Source: Chrysomallon squamiferum
Lineage: Eukaryota > Animalia > Mollusca
Length of the DNA stretch: 64,000 bases
Assembly (NCBI GenBank): GCA_012295275.1
Contig: CM022665.1
Location: 8,866,001-8,930,000 of the forward strand
Direction: 5' to 3'
Part shown: piece after piece, positions 37,901 through 53,273 of the stretch
Layout: each line of letters opens with the position of its first letter
Position numbering within the stretch: the first letter of the stretch is position 1
Made by a program: the position numbers and the translations under genes
Notes under the pieces: model-generated
Told to the model about the DNA's origin: nothing
Database searches by the model: none
Seen by the model: the letters and a program-made list of their open reading frames with translations, nothing else

Positions 37901-40182
37901 CACCTTGTTAATTTTCATTTTAATATATGGTTTGAAGTAAAAGATATTTTTTAATTATCTTTGCATGTTAATGTTCAGAGCACATTTTTGAAAATAAATA
38001 GTGAATATTATTAATTAGTAAAAAAAAAAAAAAAAAAAACTTATTAAAATTATCTCCTCTTTTTTGCAGATTAAAATAATGTATTTAATGAAAATTAAGC
38101 ATTTTGCCTGAACCAGAATTAATAGGTATATTTTACACAATAATTTCAGTATTTAATAGTAATTAATGACAAAGATTGCCCAATAATGATCACTGAAGAT
38201 TTAAATATATAAAATTAAATAATGGAATGAGAAAGTTATCAGACTGATTTTTCATTTGCAAGCATTAACATGGCCCCTGATGACTCAGCAACATACACCC
38301 ACCAACAGATTTTTGGACAAGAATGTGAAAACACAGCTTAGAAAAGATGAACTTATGTTGCAGGGAATGAACTTCAACCAGATTGAACAAGAGTTTAGAA
38401 AAAGGGTAAAACATTAGTTAGCTGAAGTACTTTGATGTGTACTGTAAGATTTAAAAATTGTCAAAATATGAAATTTTTATCATCTCACTATAAAGTGTCT
38501 TAGTTTGGATAAATAAATGCCAGTTTAAGAAACAGTATGTATTTTTTTTATTATTATAATTATTTTTATGGCAGTAATAACTCCTGTATGACATAACTTG
38601 ATTCACTACATATGTATTTTCTCTTCTTTAACTGATTAATTTGTAGCTGTTAGTAAATTACTTTTTTTAATTTAAAAACATAGCATTCATTTGGATGATT
38701 TATTTGTTTTTAACTGAATAAATTAGTACATTTTGTATTTTTCATCATAAATAACTTTGAAAAATTGCTATTACAAATTTTTTCTTCTTTTTTTCACAGA
38801 TGCGGGCAAACTACATCAACTTGAAAAAAGTGTTTATGTCCTTTGATACTCATCTTAATGGATTTATATCAATAGAGGATCTCAAATCTATTCTTACACA
38901 TTTCACAATCCCCATGTCAGATCAACTGTTTGGACAGCTCATGGAGAGGTATAAATGAGTTTTTAAATTTCTAATTAAATTTATAAAATAATATATTATA
39001 ATGCATTCATTTACTGTGAAAATTAATTTTCACTTCTTGAAAATAAATAAAGTATATTTTGATATTTTAAACTTATTATAGCTTTAACATTTTTCTTAAA
39101 GTTTTCAAAATTATGGTTTCAGATGTGGTATCAAGGGAACTGGAAGAATCTCCTGGGAAGCATTTTTAGAAAAATTTCAAGAGCCAAGAGAAGTGGGAAA
39201 TGGCCAAACAATACCCATCAAACCAAATCATAAGTAATAATTGAATTATTCATAATCTGATATTTCTCATAATATTACTTAATTTATCTCTTACATTTTA
39301 AAATATTTATTTCTTACTGTTTATAATGGATGAAAATCATGAGTGTTTGTCCCTCTATTGATGATATTTCGGATTTCTCTAAAAATGAACAAAATATTTT
39401 TTTCCTTGTCAGGTTTTTCCCAATAATGGAAACTCAATCAGTAGTCAAAGCAGACAAAATCTGGATCCAGCTGTACAACCATGTCCAAAACAATTACTCT
39501 TCTTTTAAACAGGCTTTCCTTGAATTTGATAAGGTAATAAAATTTATTTTCTTTAAGATTTAAAAAATGAAAAAAAAAAAAAGAAAAAAAACCATTTATA
39601 ATAGAAACAATAAAAAGTATGTGTAGAAAGAAATTATGGTTGAAATGTACAAAAATAGTTTCTTGGCTTTTGAGATTTTAAAAGTAGCAAGATGCAATTG
39701 TTTTAAATGGAACTTATTTTCACAAAACAAAACAGTTATTGATATTTGGTCATTACTGAAATGTTTTTGATTTAAAATTTCAAGTTACTACAGTAAAATA
39801 ATTAATGTGTATTACTTGTACACAAACAGCTTTATTGCTACTGTTTTGGTTTTCAGTCAGTATGTATTATGATTTTACTACCCTGATTTGTATTTTCATA
39901 ATGTAAACATTGAAATGTTAATTAAATATTTTAAAATGTTGTTTTTTGTAGGGTTATTGTAGATACATTAATATTTGTTAATTGTTTCCTTTTCAGAATC
40001 GGGATGGCAAAGTAACAAGAAAAGAATTCAGAAGAATTATAGAAAAGTTTGCTTTTCATCTTGAAGAAGAAGAATTCAAGAAACTGATGACATCTCTTGA
40101 TCCACAACACACAAACAATATATCATATCATGAATTCTTACGCTGCTTTGAAGAAATTGAAACTTTGGTAATAACTCCATTC

Positions 40183-40233
<51 letters not shown>

Positions 40234-43200
40234 GATTTATGTTCTTTAGATTGGTTTGAGAATGATACTTTCAAAATAAAATATAATTTCTTCTATTTTA
40301 TTCTGTGTATAGAAAATTTTCTTTCATTTGAACATTTTTAGATATAACGTCTAAGGGAAAACACACATGTGAAATAACAGGTTGTAATTTAGTTTGTTTA
40401 TTAAATTTAGAGTTCATTGATATTATAAACTGTTTTAATTAACAGTGTAGTGGATATGTTCTTTTATCATAATAATTATGTTTTTCAATCATTTTAGGAA
40501 GGTCACAAGTGGCTAAATTCTGTGCACAGATTCAATGACAAACCTAAGCCAGCCATCTTAGCTTGGGAAACTGTAAGTAACCTTAGTAATAAATAAATAA
40601 ATAAATGTAATTTATTTAAATAATTATTATTGTTGTTTCTTCACCTATTTTGCTTAACATTCTCAATCCAGTTAAAAATTTTCATAAAAGCAAAAGTCAG
40701 CTATATGGAATTTCTGACAAAACTTAATTTTGAAATAGCTTCTGGTGATTTACCATTTTTTGCAATGGGTAAATGATCCCTGTGTTTGGCCTTATTAAAA
40801 AATAAATTTATCCTTCTCATCATCACATTTAATTAATTTTATTATTTGAATTTTTAAACTGTATTTATTTGTCATATTTAAAGTAAAGAAGCCAGAATTT
40901 TTTTTTTTTTTTACCTTTTTGTAGATTGAAGAAATTCTACGTGAGAAAATCACAGAAAACTGGAAGTCTTTTGCAAAAGCAATAATGTTTTTTGACAGAA
41001 GAGCAGAGGGCTTAATTTCACTAAAAAATATGAAAAAAGTTATTGATCGACAAATTCTGCCAATATCCAATGAACATTTTGAACAGTGAGTCTTTATTAT
41101 TATAACCCAGTGATATACATATAGGCTATATAAACTGAAATATCAATAATGTGTCAAAATGTATTAAGAATTCTGAAGTGTGATTTTAATAATGATAATG
41201 AAAGAAGTAATGAATATTTGAATATCTACTCAGTCATTATAGTTTAGTGATTAGGTGTGAAAAAAAATCTGATGCTGACACAAAACCACCAGCTTTTATA
41301 TGCACTTCTCTCTTTCCAGAAAAAGAAAAACATATACTACAATCTTTGATAAATTAGTGCAGGGATAATGTCTGGAACAGAAAAATTGTCATATAGACAA
41401 TGGAACAAAATAAAATAATGAAATTATATGTGTTCCTGTAAAAACAAAAATTACTACTGTCTGACACAAATATAATTTACATGTGTAATGAAGTCATGGT
41501 TTTACTTGTGTTTTTTTTTAGTCTGCTGAAGAGGTGTTCAGATTTGCGAGACGGAAAAGTCAGCTATGTGGAATTTCTGACAAAACTTAATATTGAAATA
41601 GCTCCAGGTGATTTAGTTGGTCTAAGCAGACAAATACAAGACAGCAGTGAACAAGCTGAACTACAGAGATTAGATGAACATTACAAGAGGTAAACAAAAA
41701 ATAATAATTTGTTAATATTTGACTTTTTCATGGATTTAGTAATTTAATGTCACAGATTAAAAGCTTTTACATTTGAATATGTAATTAGTGATTTTTAATT
41801 GATTTCATTATTTTCAGTTATTTTCTTTTTTCAAGGTAATTATTTTCAGATTTGTAATATCTTTTTACATTCCAGTCATTTAAAATAATATAAATACCCA
41901 ATATGGTTTTCCTTAAATGCTGTTGTATAAATTGAAGAATTTTATTTATTTATTTTTAAAGATCTGAAACATTAGACAAACATCTGTCAGGACGATGCAG
42001 TCTGATGTCAGCAGATGAAGTTCTCATTCGACTCAAAGACAGAATGCAGCAGCGTAACACAGATTTCAGAAATGCTTTTCTTACTTATGACAAAAAAAGA
42101 CGTGGCAAAGTGTCAAAGAGAGTTTTCAGAGAGGTTTTTTAATTCATTCTATTATTTTGTTTATATAGTTGAGTACAGTATATATATATATATTTCATAT
42201 ATAAAGACTTACAGCATTTTATACTTTTCTGACAGATTTAGTCTATCAGGATTTCTAAATTAAGTTTTTGTATTAATGATATATACAAAAACTGAGAATG
42301 ATAACCAAAATATCTTTCATGGGTCTTCTATTGTTATACTCTATTATTAGCAAACGTTGATGTCTTCAGGTAATAAACTAGTCTCAAGGAAATATATGAC
42401 ATGTTTTAAGTTATTTGACAACTCATCATAGATATACTTTAAGAAATCTGAAGTGTAGTTATGAATCATTTATCATTAAAAACTTTGTATTCAATTTTGT
42501 ATATTTGTGCTAAAATATTACAAGAAAAGCAAAATATGCAAGTATGTTTTTTTCTTTTTTTACTTTTGTCCAGGTGTTGGCTGACTTCAATATCTTGATG
42601 ACTGATGAACAGTTCAATGTACTGGTTTCAAAATTAGATTTCAGTGGAGGTTATATGGACTACTCAGATTTCATTTACAGTTTCTTGGGGCCTCCACAGC
42701 CTGGAGTAACTGAGGAGATAACTAGAACGGGAAATCACAGAGTAAATCAAATTCGAGGAGATGAATATGGAATGAGTGCTTTGGAAGTGGAATCAAAACT
42801 GAGAGCCAAACTAAGAGAAAACTTTGCTGTAAGTTTCGTTTAAAACACTGCTGGAAATCTATACTGTCACTTAATTTGGAAAGAAATCTAGAATTTGTTT
42901 CCACTAAATAAAAGTCATTACCTGGTTATCCAGAGTATGATTTAAAGAAACTAATATCTATTATTTGTTTAAAATTATCAACTTTTTACAGTTTGTAAAT
43001 TCTTTTTTTTATCCTTTTATTGAAACTTTTTAAAAATATTTCATTGTGTATTGTAATTTATATATCATTAGAAGTAAACCTATAAAATCTTAGTGCTTTC
43101 ATTCGTAATTAATTAATTTTCCAAAATAGATTATAAAATTGCTTATTCACACCTGTGACCTTTGCTTTTTGAATTTCTGCACAGGATCTAAGAGGAGCAT

Positions 43201-46200
43201 TTTACAAGTTTGATGATGACCACAATGGGATTTTAAATAGATCCAACTTCCGCAGGATGTTGGAAGCCTTTATGTTTGTGATGACAGAAGAAGAATATGA
43301 AAAACTGTGTACAAGATTGGGATTTGATAAAAAGAGTTCAATAAGCTACAGGCAGTTCTTGGATCGTTTTGAAGTGAGAGACAGAGAAGAAGGTCATAAG
43401 TGGCTCTATTCTGTTCATACGTAAGCTTTTCTTTCTTTTTCTTTAAACAATTAGTATTTTATTAATATTCTTAAAAACTAATTTTTTGAATTTTAGAAAT
43501 ATATTTGAAACTTTATGTAAGAAAAGGTAGAGAATTTTGTTCACATGTTTATTTGATATATTCTTTTTGTTTCTGTAAAAATATCCTAATATATTTTGAA
43601 GATTTAATATATTTTTTAAAAATATTTACAGATTTTAGTGGGCTTTTTGTAATTGTCCATATTCAGATATTTAAAATTTGTTTTCTAGATACAATGAAAC
43701 TATACCTGTACAACTTCAAACTGCAGAAGAAGCTCACAGCATGCTGGTAGCAAAGGCATACAAACAGTGGAATGATGTAACAAAGGTAGGTTTCACCTAT
43801 GTTGTTGCTTATCAGTGTGTGTGTATTTTTCTTACTCTATGTAAATTCACTAACTTTTCTAGAATTGAGTATCACCATTCTACTAAGCACTGATATCTAA
43901 AATATGAATGATAAAAATGTATTTATGCAGCATTATATGCATAAATACATACAATTTCATACATAAACTTGTTTAATTTGTGTGAAATTTTATGCGGCAT
44001 TTTTTTAACAGCTTTATTAATTTCTTTTAAATGAGTTGCTGTTGTTGTTAAATTGAAACACATTTTAAAATGTTATTTATAAAAACACTGAGCTTATTAT
44101 TTTTAATCTGCTGAACTGTTTTTATTTTGCTTGTTTTTTTTTGTTGTTTTTTTTCTTCAATATTGTTAGCACTGTTGCTGTTTGTTTCAGGCATTTTTAG
44201 GCATGCATGGCAAAAGTCAAGGTATTATCACAAAACAAGACCTCAAATTGTTGTTAAAAAGATTTATAATTCCCATGACAAATGAGGAATTCAAGAAACT
44301 TTGGGCAAGGTAATTGACTGACAGGATCTAATATTGTTGTCTATATTACAAATCACAAACTTGTATTGTAAAGAGATGACCAATTTACATTTAGATTAAT
44401 GGAATTTTGAAAATTAGCTGACCACTTTTTTATTCTTTGATTTATCATTTTCAGTATTTTGTCATCAGAATATTTCATTTAATTAAACTTATTCAGCAGT
44501 ATAACATTATCTCAAAACTGACAAAAAATTAATAAATTAATTTTAAATATTGAAAAAAAAAACAATACAACATTAAAAGACAGGCCTAAATATTATTATT
44601 TTTTAAATTATCTTAAATTATAATTTTTCTTAAAACCTTACATTTAGACATTATATGCATATAATTTTATTTTCAAATCAGCACGTTCTTTTTATTTCCA
44701 TCAGATACGACAAAGAAAATAAAGGCTACATTTCACATCAAAACTTTCTTCAGAACATTGGTGCCCAAGATTATGCTCCTGCTGATATAGGAGTTAGTGA
44801 AGATATAATTGACAACAGCTGCAAAACTTTAGAGGAGCACACACAAAAACAACGACAAATACATGAAGATATAACTCAGAAACAAGCAAATCTGGGGACA
44901 GGAATGACAGCAGAATGGATAGAAAAACAGCTTAGGTAAAATTAATTTACCATAAAGAATACCCTAGTTTTAATAATATTGGAATCTTCTTTATTTTTAA
45001 TCATTCTTTATTTTATGGTATTGACAATGTTTTTCATTTGTTTCAGTTTGCAAAACATTGACTGTAAAAATAATTTTCCAAAACTGATTGTTCTTGTAAT
45101 ATTAAATATAAATTTTTCTGTTTATTTTAGAGAGAAGATTGTTGAAAAGTATGAAGATTTCTACAAGGCATTCCGGAAGTATGACACAAGAAAACGTGGA
45201 TACCTGTCAGTGAAAGAGATTCAGAAAGTTCTCTTTGATCTGAACTTTTTTATCAGTGATGAAGAATTCTTTCATTTACTGAGCAGGTATTATTATTAGG
45301 TTTTTTAAATTATTCTTCAGATATAATTTCTTTAGTGTTATTATTGCTATTATCATTTTTGTTATTATTATGATTATTAATATTGATGATAATAAAGATG
45401 ATGACAATGATTATATTAATGTGGATTGAGAATGTTTTAGTATGCTAATTATATACAGCTGTTGTGAAAAAAAATTCTTTTTGCTAGCACTCTGTTTTAT
45501 TAACTTAATGTTTAACAGAATTACCCCATTTGTTTTGGTATATATCACTGTTTTTCAGCCCATAGTTAAATATATTTTATTTGGAAACATCTTTTATTAT
45601 TCCTCAATACACAAATATATTTTTCATTGATGCACTAAGATTAAATAATTATTACGGTCAGTAATAGAAAAGTTATTAATTTTGCAAATTAAATCCTGAC
45701 TCTGTTATGTATTTTATAAAATAATTAATAACTACAATACTTTCATTAATAATTAATACTGAAAAATAACAGTTACTTCACATCAACAAACTTTAAATTA
45801 CTGGTCTTTCTTGAAATTTTCAGAATTGGTTTGCATACAAAAAAGAGTCAGTTGGATTATGAAATGTTCTTGAAGGCTTTTGATGATGGCAGACAGTCAA
45901 GATTTGGCAAGAGAGAGAAAGAGGTTATAATAGAAACATTCCAAAACTTAAGTCCTGAAGATGCTCAGCTGAAATTGCGGGAAAGACTAATAACTCAAAC
46001 TGATACCATTGGAAGGGTGAATAAGTTATATACTATTATATTTTATTTTATTATAATTCATCTCTAAGCATACACATAAATAATGTTTCATGAAACATAA
46101 CTTAACTATTTCAAATTTAAAGAAAATATATTTACCAGTTTATTCATCTAAACAGTAGCATTTTAAATTAATATAATACTAATCCATCATGTTTTATTTT

Positions 46201-49200
46201 GATATTTGTATAGTGTTTGGAAAGAGCATATTTATAATTTATCTTAAATAAAAATATTTTATCCCTTTTATGACAGTTTTGTAATATAAATTATTATGTG
46301 GCATTAATGAATTTAGCTTTTTGTTATTAATGTTTTTGTTATAGTTATTATAATTAAATGTTTTAAAAATCTCTTATGTAAACGGTAACATTTCTTGTAC
46401 TTGTAGGCATTTGCAGCTTTTGACAAAACTCATTGTGGAGCTGTACCTGTGGCTGATTTTCGTAGAATACTTGATATGTTCTGCTTCCAACTCACTGATG
46501 CTCAGTGGAAATATTTAAAAGGGAAGCTTCGTATTATGCAAGATGATCAAGTAGATTATGCATTATTCATGGAACAGTTTATATCATCTGACATGGAGGT
46601 AAGTAATATAAGTTATCAAAATTATTATATAGAGTTAAAATACATTTTCATAGAATCATTTCACCTCTTATAGTTTCATGCATTGTTTGTTACTATTAAT
46701 ATAATTTTTTTTTTCTGTTTTAAATGAATTTTGAAAGAAAAAAAATTAAAATTGAAAAATCAACATTTTACTGTTATAACGTTGATTTTTATATATAATC
46801 ATTATAATCTATTTTTCTTTAATTAAACATATATGATCACTTTCTCATTTTTTTTTCAAAAAGGATTCCACAAGATGGCTGCTTAACAAACCTCAGTTGA
46901 TGACAATTGACGAAGTACAAGAAAGATTACATGAAGCTATCCAGGCTCATTATCAGAGTCTTATGGCAACATTTTCAGAAATGGATTATGCTCATATTGG
47001 AGTTGTTCCAAAAGATCTCTTCCGTGAGGGTTTAAACAAGCACATCTTCAGATTAACAGATGAGCAGGTAATTCTTGTAAATGGTAAATACTTGATTGGT
47101 AAGTAATGAATGCTTTGACCGGATTAACTGGATGTGTTTATCTTGTGTTCATGCCACATTGATATATATATATATCAAGTAAAAAACAACAAAACCAGTT
47201 ACCAATAAAATCACTATAAAAACCAAGATGAATGGAAACTTTTTATTTTAATTTGGATTACTCAAGAGATAGATTAGGATTGCCTTATTTTACATCTTTT
47301 TCTGTTAGGTGCCTTTTTTGTGGTTTCATTTTAGCAAAGATCTGCATGTTTTAGATGAATTGTAGCCTGTATGCAGAATCATTTTCTTAGAAAACAATCA
47401 CTATGTTATTATGTAGGTACACTTTTTCATGCATAAAAGGAGCATAACACTGATGCTTTTAATTAACATCCGAAATTTTTTATGAAACAATTTTGGTTAT
47501 TCTTTTCAGTTTGAAAACCTTTGGTCATCTCTTCCTGTGAATGATTTTGGAAATCTCAACTACCATGAATTCCTTCAGATATTTTCTAATTCCAACCCTG
47601 ATGTCATAGATTCTTCTCATGCAGCTAGACCTAATCTTCCTCCAACTCCTCATCTGTCAGGAAGACCACAGACATCAGCATCTCAGAGATCAGCTTCCAG
47701 GGTAAATATTTAATTATGAAATATTCTCCCATTATTGGGGTTAGATACAATATTTCAGAAAATTAGAATGGAGGTCTATCATTGTGACATATATAACTTT
47801 CAGTGTGAAATATGTAGAAAAAAGAAGGGTATATACTGATACCAAACCTTCTGATTCTGCTTATGGTTATTTCATAATTGTGATTCTAACCAAGTTTGAG
47901 TGGTCTCTTCAGTTCAAATACAAATAGATTTGTTACTATTTTTAACAGAATTGTTAATATATATATAATAAGCTTTAAGTTCCCTTTGTCATTATCCACA
48001 AATAAAATAACATCTGGTTTATTCTCAGATGGATACATCTCGGCCCCGGACCATGCAGTCCAGAGCTATGTCACGTGCATCAACACCTCTTGTTAATGCA
48101 GACAGTGCTGAAAGAAAACTAAAGAATGTTATTTATCGCAAATGGAAAGATATTCAGTATCAGTGTCGACAGTACGACAAGGAAAACACAGGGACTATCA
48201 CTATTGATGACTTTAGAGGTAACTAATTGTTTTCTTAAGTCTATACTAGCTTTAGTTACAGTTTATAGAAAAAGTGTTTTTGTATTATTTAAAAATTAAA
48301 AATAGATACATCTAATCCAACTTTTAAATTATTGTCTTCTAAATTAATATCCTGAAAATCAGAAAAAAGGTAATGGACATACTATGATTATTATCATAGA
48401 TATATTTATTTTCTCTTATGTAGTAATAGATAACATATTAATTTATAGGAAATAATTTATAATAAATAAATGCAAAGAAAAAAGAGAGTAAAATTTAGTC
48501 TTCAAACCTGATAAAAGTGCATTTACTTCTACATCATTAAATATAAAGCAGTTTATTCCTTTAGAAAGGTTCTAACCAGACAACAAATTATTTGTTTCTG
48601 TTGTTTTAAGCAGCACCATAATTATTCTTGTGTCTAAACTATGAATTTAAAAATTTGTTTTGTTTACTTTTAAGATCTAATGGGCAAATATGGAGTATAT
48701 TTATCTCCAGAAGATTTTGATGATATCATCACAAAGTATGATATTCATGAAAATGGCCGCTTCTGTTATACAGACTTCCTTCGTCATTTCATTCTAACAA
48801 TGAAAGTAAGAGAAACTACTGATGGAGCTCTTCTGCAGAGAAAAAAGCTACAACCTCCAAATGTCATGGTTTGTTTGAAAATGTTTTTAACTTTTTGTAA
48901 TTGACTAATCTTCCAGTAATTTAAGCCTGAAAGTTATTATTTAGTTAAAGAACTATTACAAATTAATTTGATCTTAAAACAAGCTGAGAAATTCTGCTGT
49001 CCAGAATTTTGTTACATATTAATAATCTATTATTTTCAAAATCTTCTGTCATCTTTTTAACATTTTAAAAATTATGTTTGTGTCAGTTGTATAGATAATA
49101 TAATACTATTACTACTACTACTCATAATAATAATACCAATAATAATAATCACAGTACAGATTTGTCTCCCCTATATCATTCACTAAACCACATCAAATAT

Positions 49201-49693
49201 TTAACAAACATTCATAAAACATGTTGAAACAAGATATGAAACCCAATTATAAATAAATTTGGGTGATCTCTTTTATATCGTTAGATCATTTCACAGAATC
49301 ATTCAATTCATCTATTTTACTGCCTAACCTTTTGACCATTTGGTCCATCAGTATTTATATATTTGAAAGATGCTACAGTTAGGTATATATATATTTTTTT
49401 TTTTTTTTCAGTCACAGAGAGGAGATGATTTAAATCTGAGAAATGATGCTAGACTAAGGCTCAAAGAATGTGTCTCACAGAACTGGAAAGAGATGAGAAG
49501 AGAACTGAAGAAACTGGATTCTATGGGAACAGGCTCAGTTTGCTCTTTAGACTTCAGACAAGTTTTACGAAAATTCAATGCAAATCTCAGCGAGCTGGAG
49601 TTCTTTGACCTCATGAATTATTACGATACAAATCTGGATGGGAACATCAACTACAATGAATTTTTAAGATCCTATCTGAAGCAGTCTGATTAA
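34982..49693 (+). CDS. EFCAB6: EF-hand calcium-binding domain-containing protein 6 (multi-EF-hand ciliary protein)
   Basis: About 29 coding exons, e.g. 34982-35102, 35296-35399, 35892-36011, 37779-37891, 38263-38405, 39997-40167, 41962-42133, 42574-42828, 45131-45286, 46407-46598, 46864-47067, 48029-48218, 48675-48868, ~49412-49693. Many repeated units of the type (L/F)..AF..(Y/F)D....G.(I/V)...(E/D)FRR.L..F.F.MT.EQF..L...D......I.Y.EFL. Confidence 0.85.
40186..40233. repeat. (TAT)16 microsatellite in an EFCAB6 intron
   Basis: Direct reading; it lies downstream of the donor at 40168. Confidence 0.9.
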
Positions 49694-52621
49694 ATACAAG
49701 TTTCATTCAAATGACATATTTTATTCACAAATAGAATGTTATTTATCGGTATTTATTTTACCGGAGTGAAAATACCTTCTGTGTTATGTCATGTTTAGTT
49801 AATTTATTTCAGTTTTATGTTGAGATTAGAAATTTGAAGGTTATCATGCAGTGAAAATTATTATAGTCTTGTGTGCTGACATTTAAAGTGTGTTTGCAAA
49901 TTATAATATCAATATGAGATGTAATGCTTGTGCAGTTTATTTCTTCGGTTTATTGTTACTTACGTAGAATCTTTAAAAACTGTTTGAATTAAAAGAAAAT
50001 TAGAAATATTACTGTTAGCATTCAACATGCTTTAATGGAAATGACTGGTTTACTAAAATGTCTAATGAGCCACTCATTATTTAAAAAAGGTACATGTTTA
50101 TATTAAACATTTGTATTTTATCAAATAATATGTCAGTATTCAGGTTTGAACTTACATTTTACATTAAGATAATGATGTGCATTTATATTTTAAATAGGCT
50201 TTATGTTTGTCTTCCTCAAATGTAGAACCCATTTTTGAAAGAGTTATTATTGATACTGTTGTTTTAAATGTTTAATTAGCACTAATTGTATACCTAGTTA
50301 TTAAGAATAACACACAAGATGATTCTTATGTAATAAAAATTTGTTTACGATTTTAAATAAAACTAAAATCTTTAAAACAAGTTTAACTAAATGGTAGAAT
50401 ACCTGGTAAACAAACGTTATATATAGATCATCCTTTTTATTAACCAACTATTAACAAAAGTATTTTTGATTTAATCTGATCTTAAGATGATTTTAAATCA
50501 CTAGTAATCCATTAATTATATTTAAAGCAAAGAGTTTGTTACTTAATATATTTTATTAAATTACCTGTTACACACCCATTTGTAAATGATAAAGTTTTAA
50601 TATTCTAATATTACATTTTAACAAATTAACAAAGCATATTGTGATATCTACACAACTGCTGGTTTTTTTAGTAGTATTTACTTTAAAAAATATTACATGT
50701 AGATCATATATGTATTTGTTATTCAGTATTATGCTGTATTATAATTTATAAAATAGAACTATACACAATTATACTTACACCAGAAATGTTTGCCTTTTAA
50801 TAGTCTTTCAGTTTTATCATATATTGATATAGATTTTTGGTTTTGCATGCTGCTGAATGTATACACATAAAGACATTACATTAAATATCTGCTTTTTACT
50901 GTTGTTATTTATTTATTTTTAGCGCAAAGATGAATTGCTTTAGACTTATTAATCTTCATTTGATGTTGGTGAAGTAATATGAAGAAATGAGTATACTCGA
51001 GTGAGAAAATAAAAAAATAAAAATTCATTATGAACGTTTTGATGATTTATGCTTTAAAAACTCCCCCAAAGCAAACAACACATACACATTCACATACACA
51101 AATCCAAAATGCTTATACAATATTTTTATCAGTTGTTTGTATCTAATTATATCAATTAGTGTTCTATAGATGATATAAACAAATAGCCTTAATATATTTA
51201 TTATACATGAGAATGATATTATTACTATTTTTGGTGGCCAGTTTTTGCTGGTGATAAAAAAAGAAAATTTAATACCAAGCATGTTAGAAAGCATGAAGAT
51301 CAATAAACCCTTCATTTAACAGACCAGGATTCTGAGGAAAATGTCCTATGTTTGAAGCTTGTGCTTAAGGAACAGTGAGTGCTGTATTTAATTCATGCCA
51401 TACATGATGTGATGTTCTTTGCTAAGTGTATATAGACTGGAATGAATCACATTCATTGCAGATTTCAGCATGTGAGCATATTTCATTTGATGCACATTCT
51501 GTGGCTGTGAGATTGTTTAGTGAACTTTTTGCAACAAATATTTTTAATAAAGAATACTTTGATTCATCACAATCCTCACAACCAGCAAGGAAGTGGTACC
51601 TCTCACTCCATATCTTACAAGTTCAGACTTGGAAGAACATATTTTTTTATACCACTATCAGTCAGGTCACAGGACATTCCATGAATTAAAAATCCAAATT
51701 ATTTTAATATTTAAAAATTGTGCAAAATATATTTCATATTAAAGAATTACAGCTTGATCCATTGTTGCAGTGGACATGGTAAGTGGAAGTCCACAGATAT
51801 TTCCTGTTCTAGCTAGTACTGCCTGTATGGATGTAAAGATGCTAAGCTTCAAATTTAAAAACAGCCTAAGGCATGTGTTGAGTTGTTAAATATTACAAAA
51901 CCATGGTTATTAATCCACTGATAATCTCTGGAAGTTTTGAAGCAGTGTGTTAAATATATTACACAATTTCTATACAGCCTTAATGCAGCTAATTACAATT
52001 AATGTTGATTGGATTAGTTTATTTAATGAAAACAGTATTAATGGAAATTACAAAGGACAGCATTACTTGCCACTGTAATGTTATGGTTGATATGGGATAA
52101 CAGTACTTGCTATACTGTTATGTCTTGGTTAATGGGAAATATTTATATAATCTGTCAGTCATAATAATTTAAATGTGCAATACAGGAAATGTATGATTTC
52201 TTTAATTTTGGAAGGTTTAATTAACCAAATCACAACAAATTAATATTAAATTCAGTTTTATTAACCAATAGCTATAAAATCAACAATCCCAAATCAACAA
52301 AAGATAAAACAATAATACTGACAAAATAAGATCATGTAAAAAAACCACAAAAAAACCCCTCTGAAATGAACATATGTGTGTGTGTGTGTCAGTATCTTAT
52401 TTGGTGAATTATAATTATATAAAAATATTGAAATATCTGTAAATCTAGTAGTTTGTCAATCATTAACCAATAGAGAAAAAATATATACTTTTCTCTATTA
52501 GAAATGTAACTTATTATTATACTTACTTTTATCTAACAATGTGAAACATATTAATTATTAAAAATGAATATGAAAATTAAATATTAATATGAAAATTAAT
52601 AAAAATTTAAAAACCCACAAC

Positions 52622-52656
<35 letters not shown>

Positions 52657-52804
52657 GAAATATATACAGGCCTAAATACTGGTAATCGTTTTTAACTTTT
52701 TTATTTATTTTGAATGAAGGAAAAGGTCTAAAGGATGCTCCACCTTGGTAACTGTCTTTTAATTTGCATAACTTTTACATATTAAAGAACATAAAAACAC
52801 AATC

Positions 52805-53270
52805 AATAAGCGGAAGTTATGATATCTTGATAAACGAGTGCTCAATAAATAACAATATAATGAATACTGAATATTAAATACACTCGTAACACTGTAGTAG
52901 TAGTAGTACAAAATAGTCTAGTGTAGGGGGGTGCTGACCGTCTGCGGGTACGAAATGGAGACTGAGTATCATATGGGTAATACGAATGAGATGCTTGAAG
53001 CTGAGATGCCGCGCTGCCGTTTCTATCACCAAAGTTCTCAACCATAACTCAATACCGACTGATCGTAACACAGCGAGGTCATTAAATACATAAGTCGTTA
53101 AGTGAGGAGTGTCTATAAATTATTTTGATTGTCACATGAGACCTCTAAACCTTACCGGATATGAGAAACGAGACTGTTCCGAGAAAACGCGAGTTCGGTA
53201 GTCAAGACGAGAATCTGTTAGTTGTCAACACGATTAAATACGTTTGTTTCACTCACTTTTATCATTTACA
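52805..53270. promoter_or_regulatory. CpG-rich promoter region upstream of DYNLT1, possibly bidirectional
   Basis: Strong CpG/GC enrichment immediately 5' of the DYNLT1 ATG; ETS-like CGGAAGT at 52811-52817; several CGAGA words. Confidence 0.55.
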
Positions 53271-53273
53271 GTG

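Noticed and set aside
40168-40341. Poly-tyrosine tract in the ORF track
   Set aside because: This is an intronic (TAT)n microsatellite read through past the EFCAB6 donor.
35290-48680. Five AAG acceptors in EFCAB6 (35295, 38262, 41961, 46863, 48674), plus one in POLR1C
   Set aside because: AAG is a known minor acceptor, and six among roughly 70 introns in an AT-rich genome is not clearly exceptional.
52885-53080. Assignment as U6atac, 7SK, RNase P/MRP, Y or telomerase RNA
   Set aside because: The diagnostic motifs (P4 GGAA..UC, GAAAGUCCCC, paired GAUC stems, CUAACCCU template) were not found, so it is left as an unassigned candidate.
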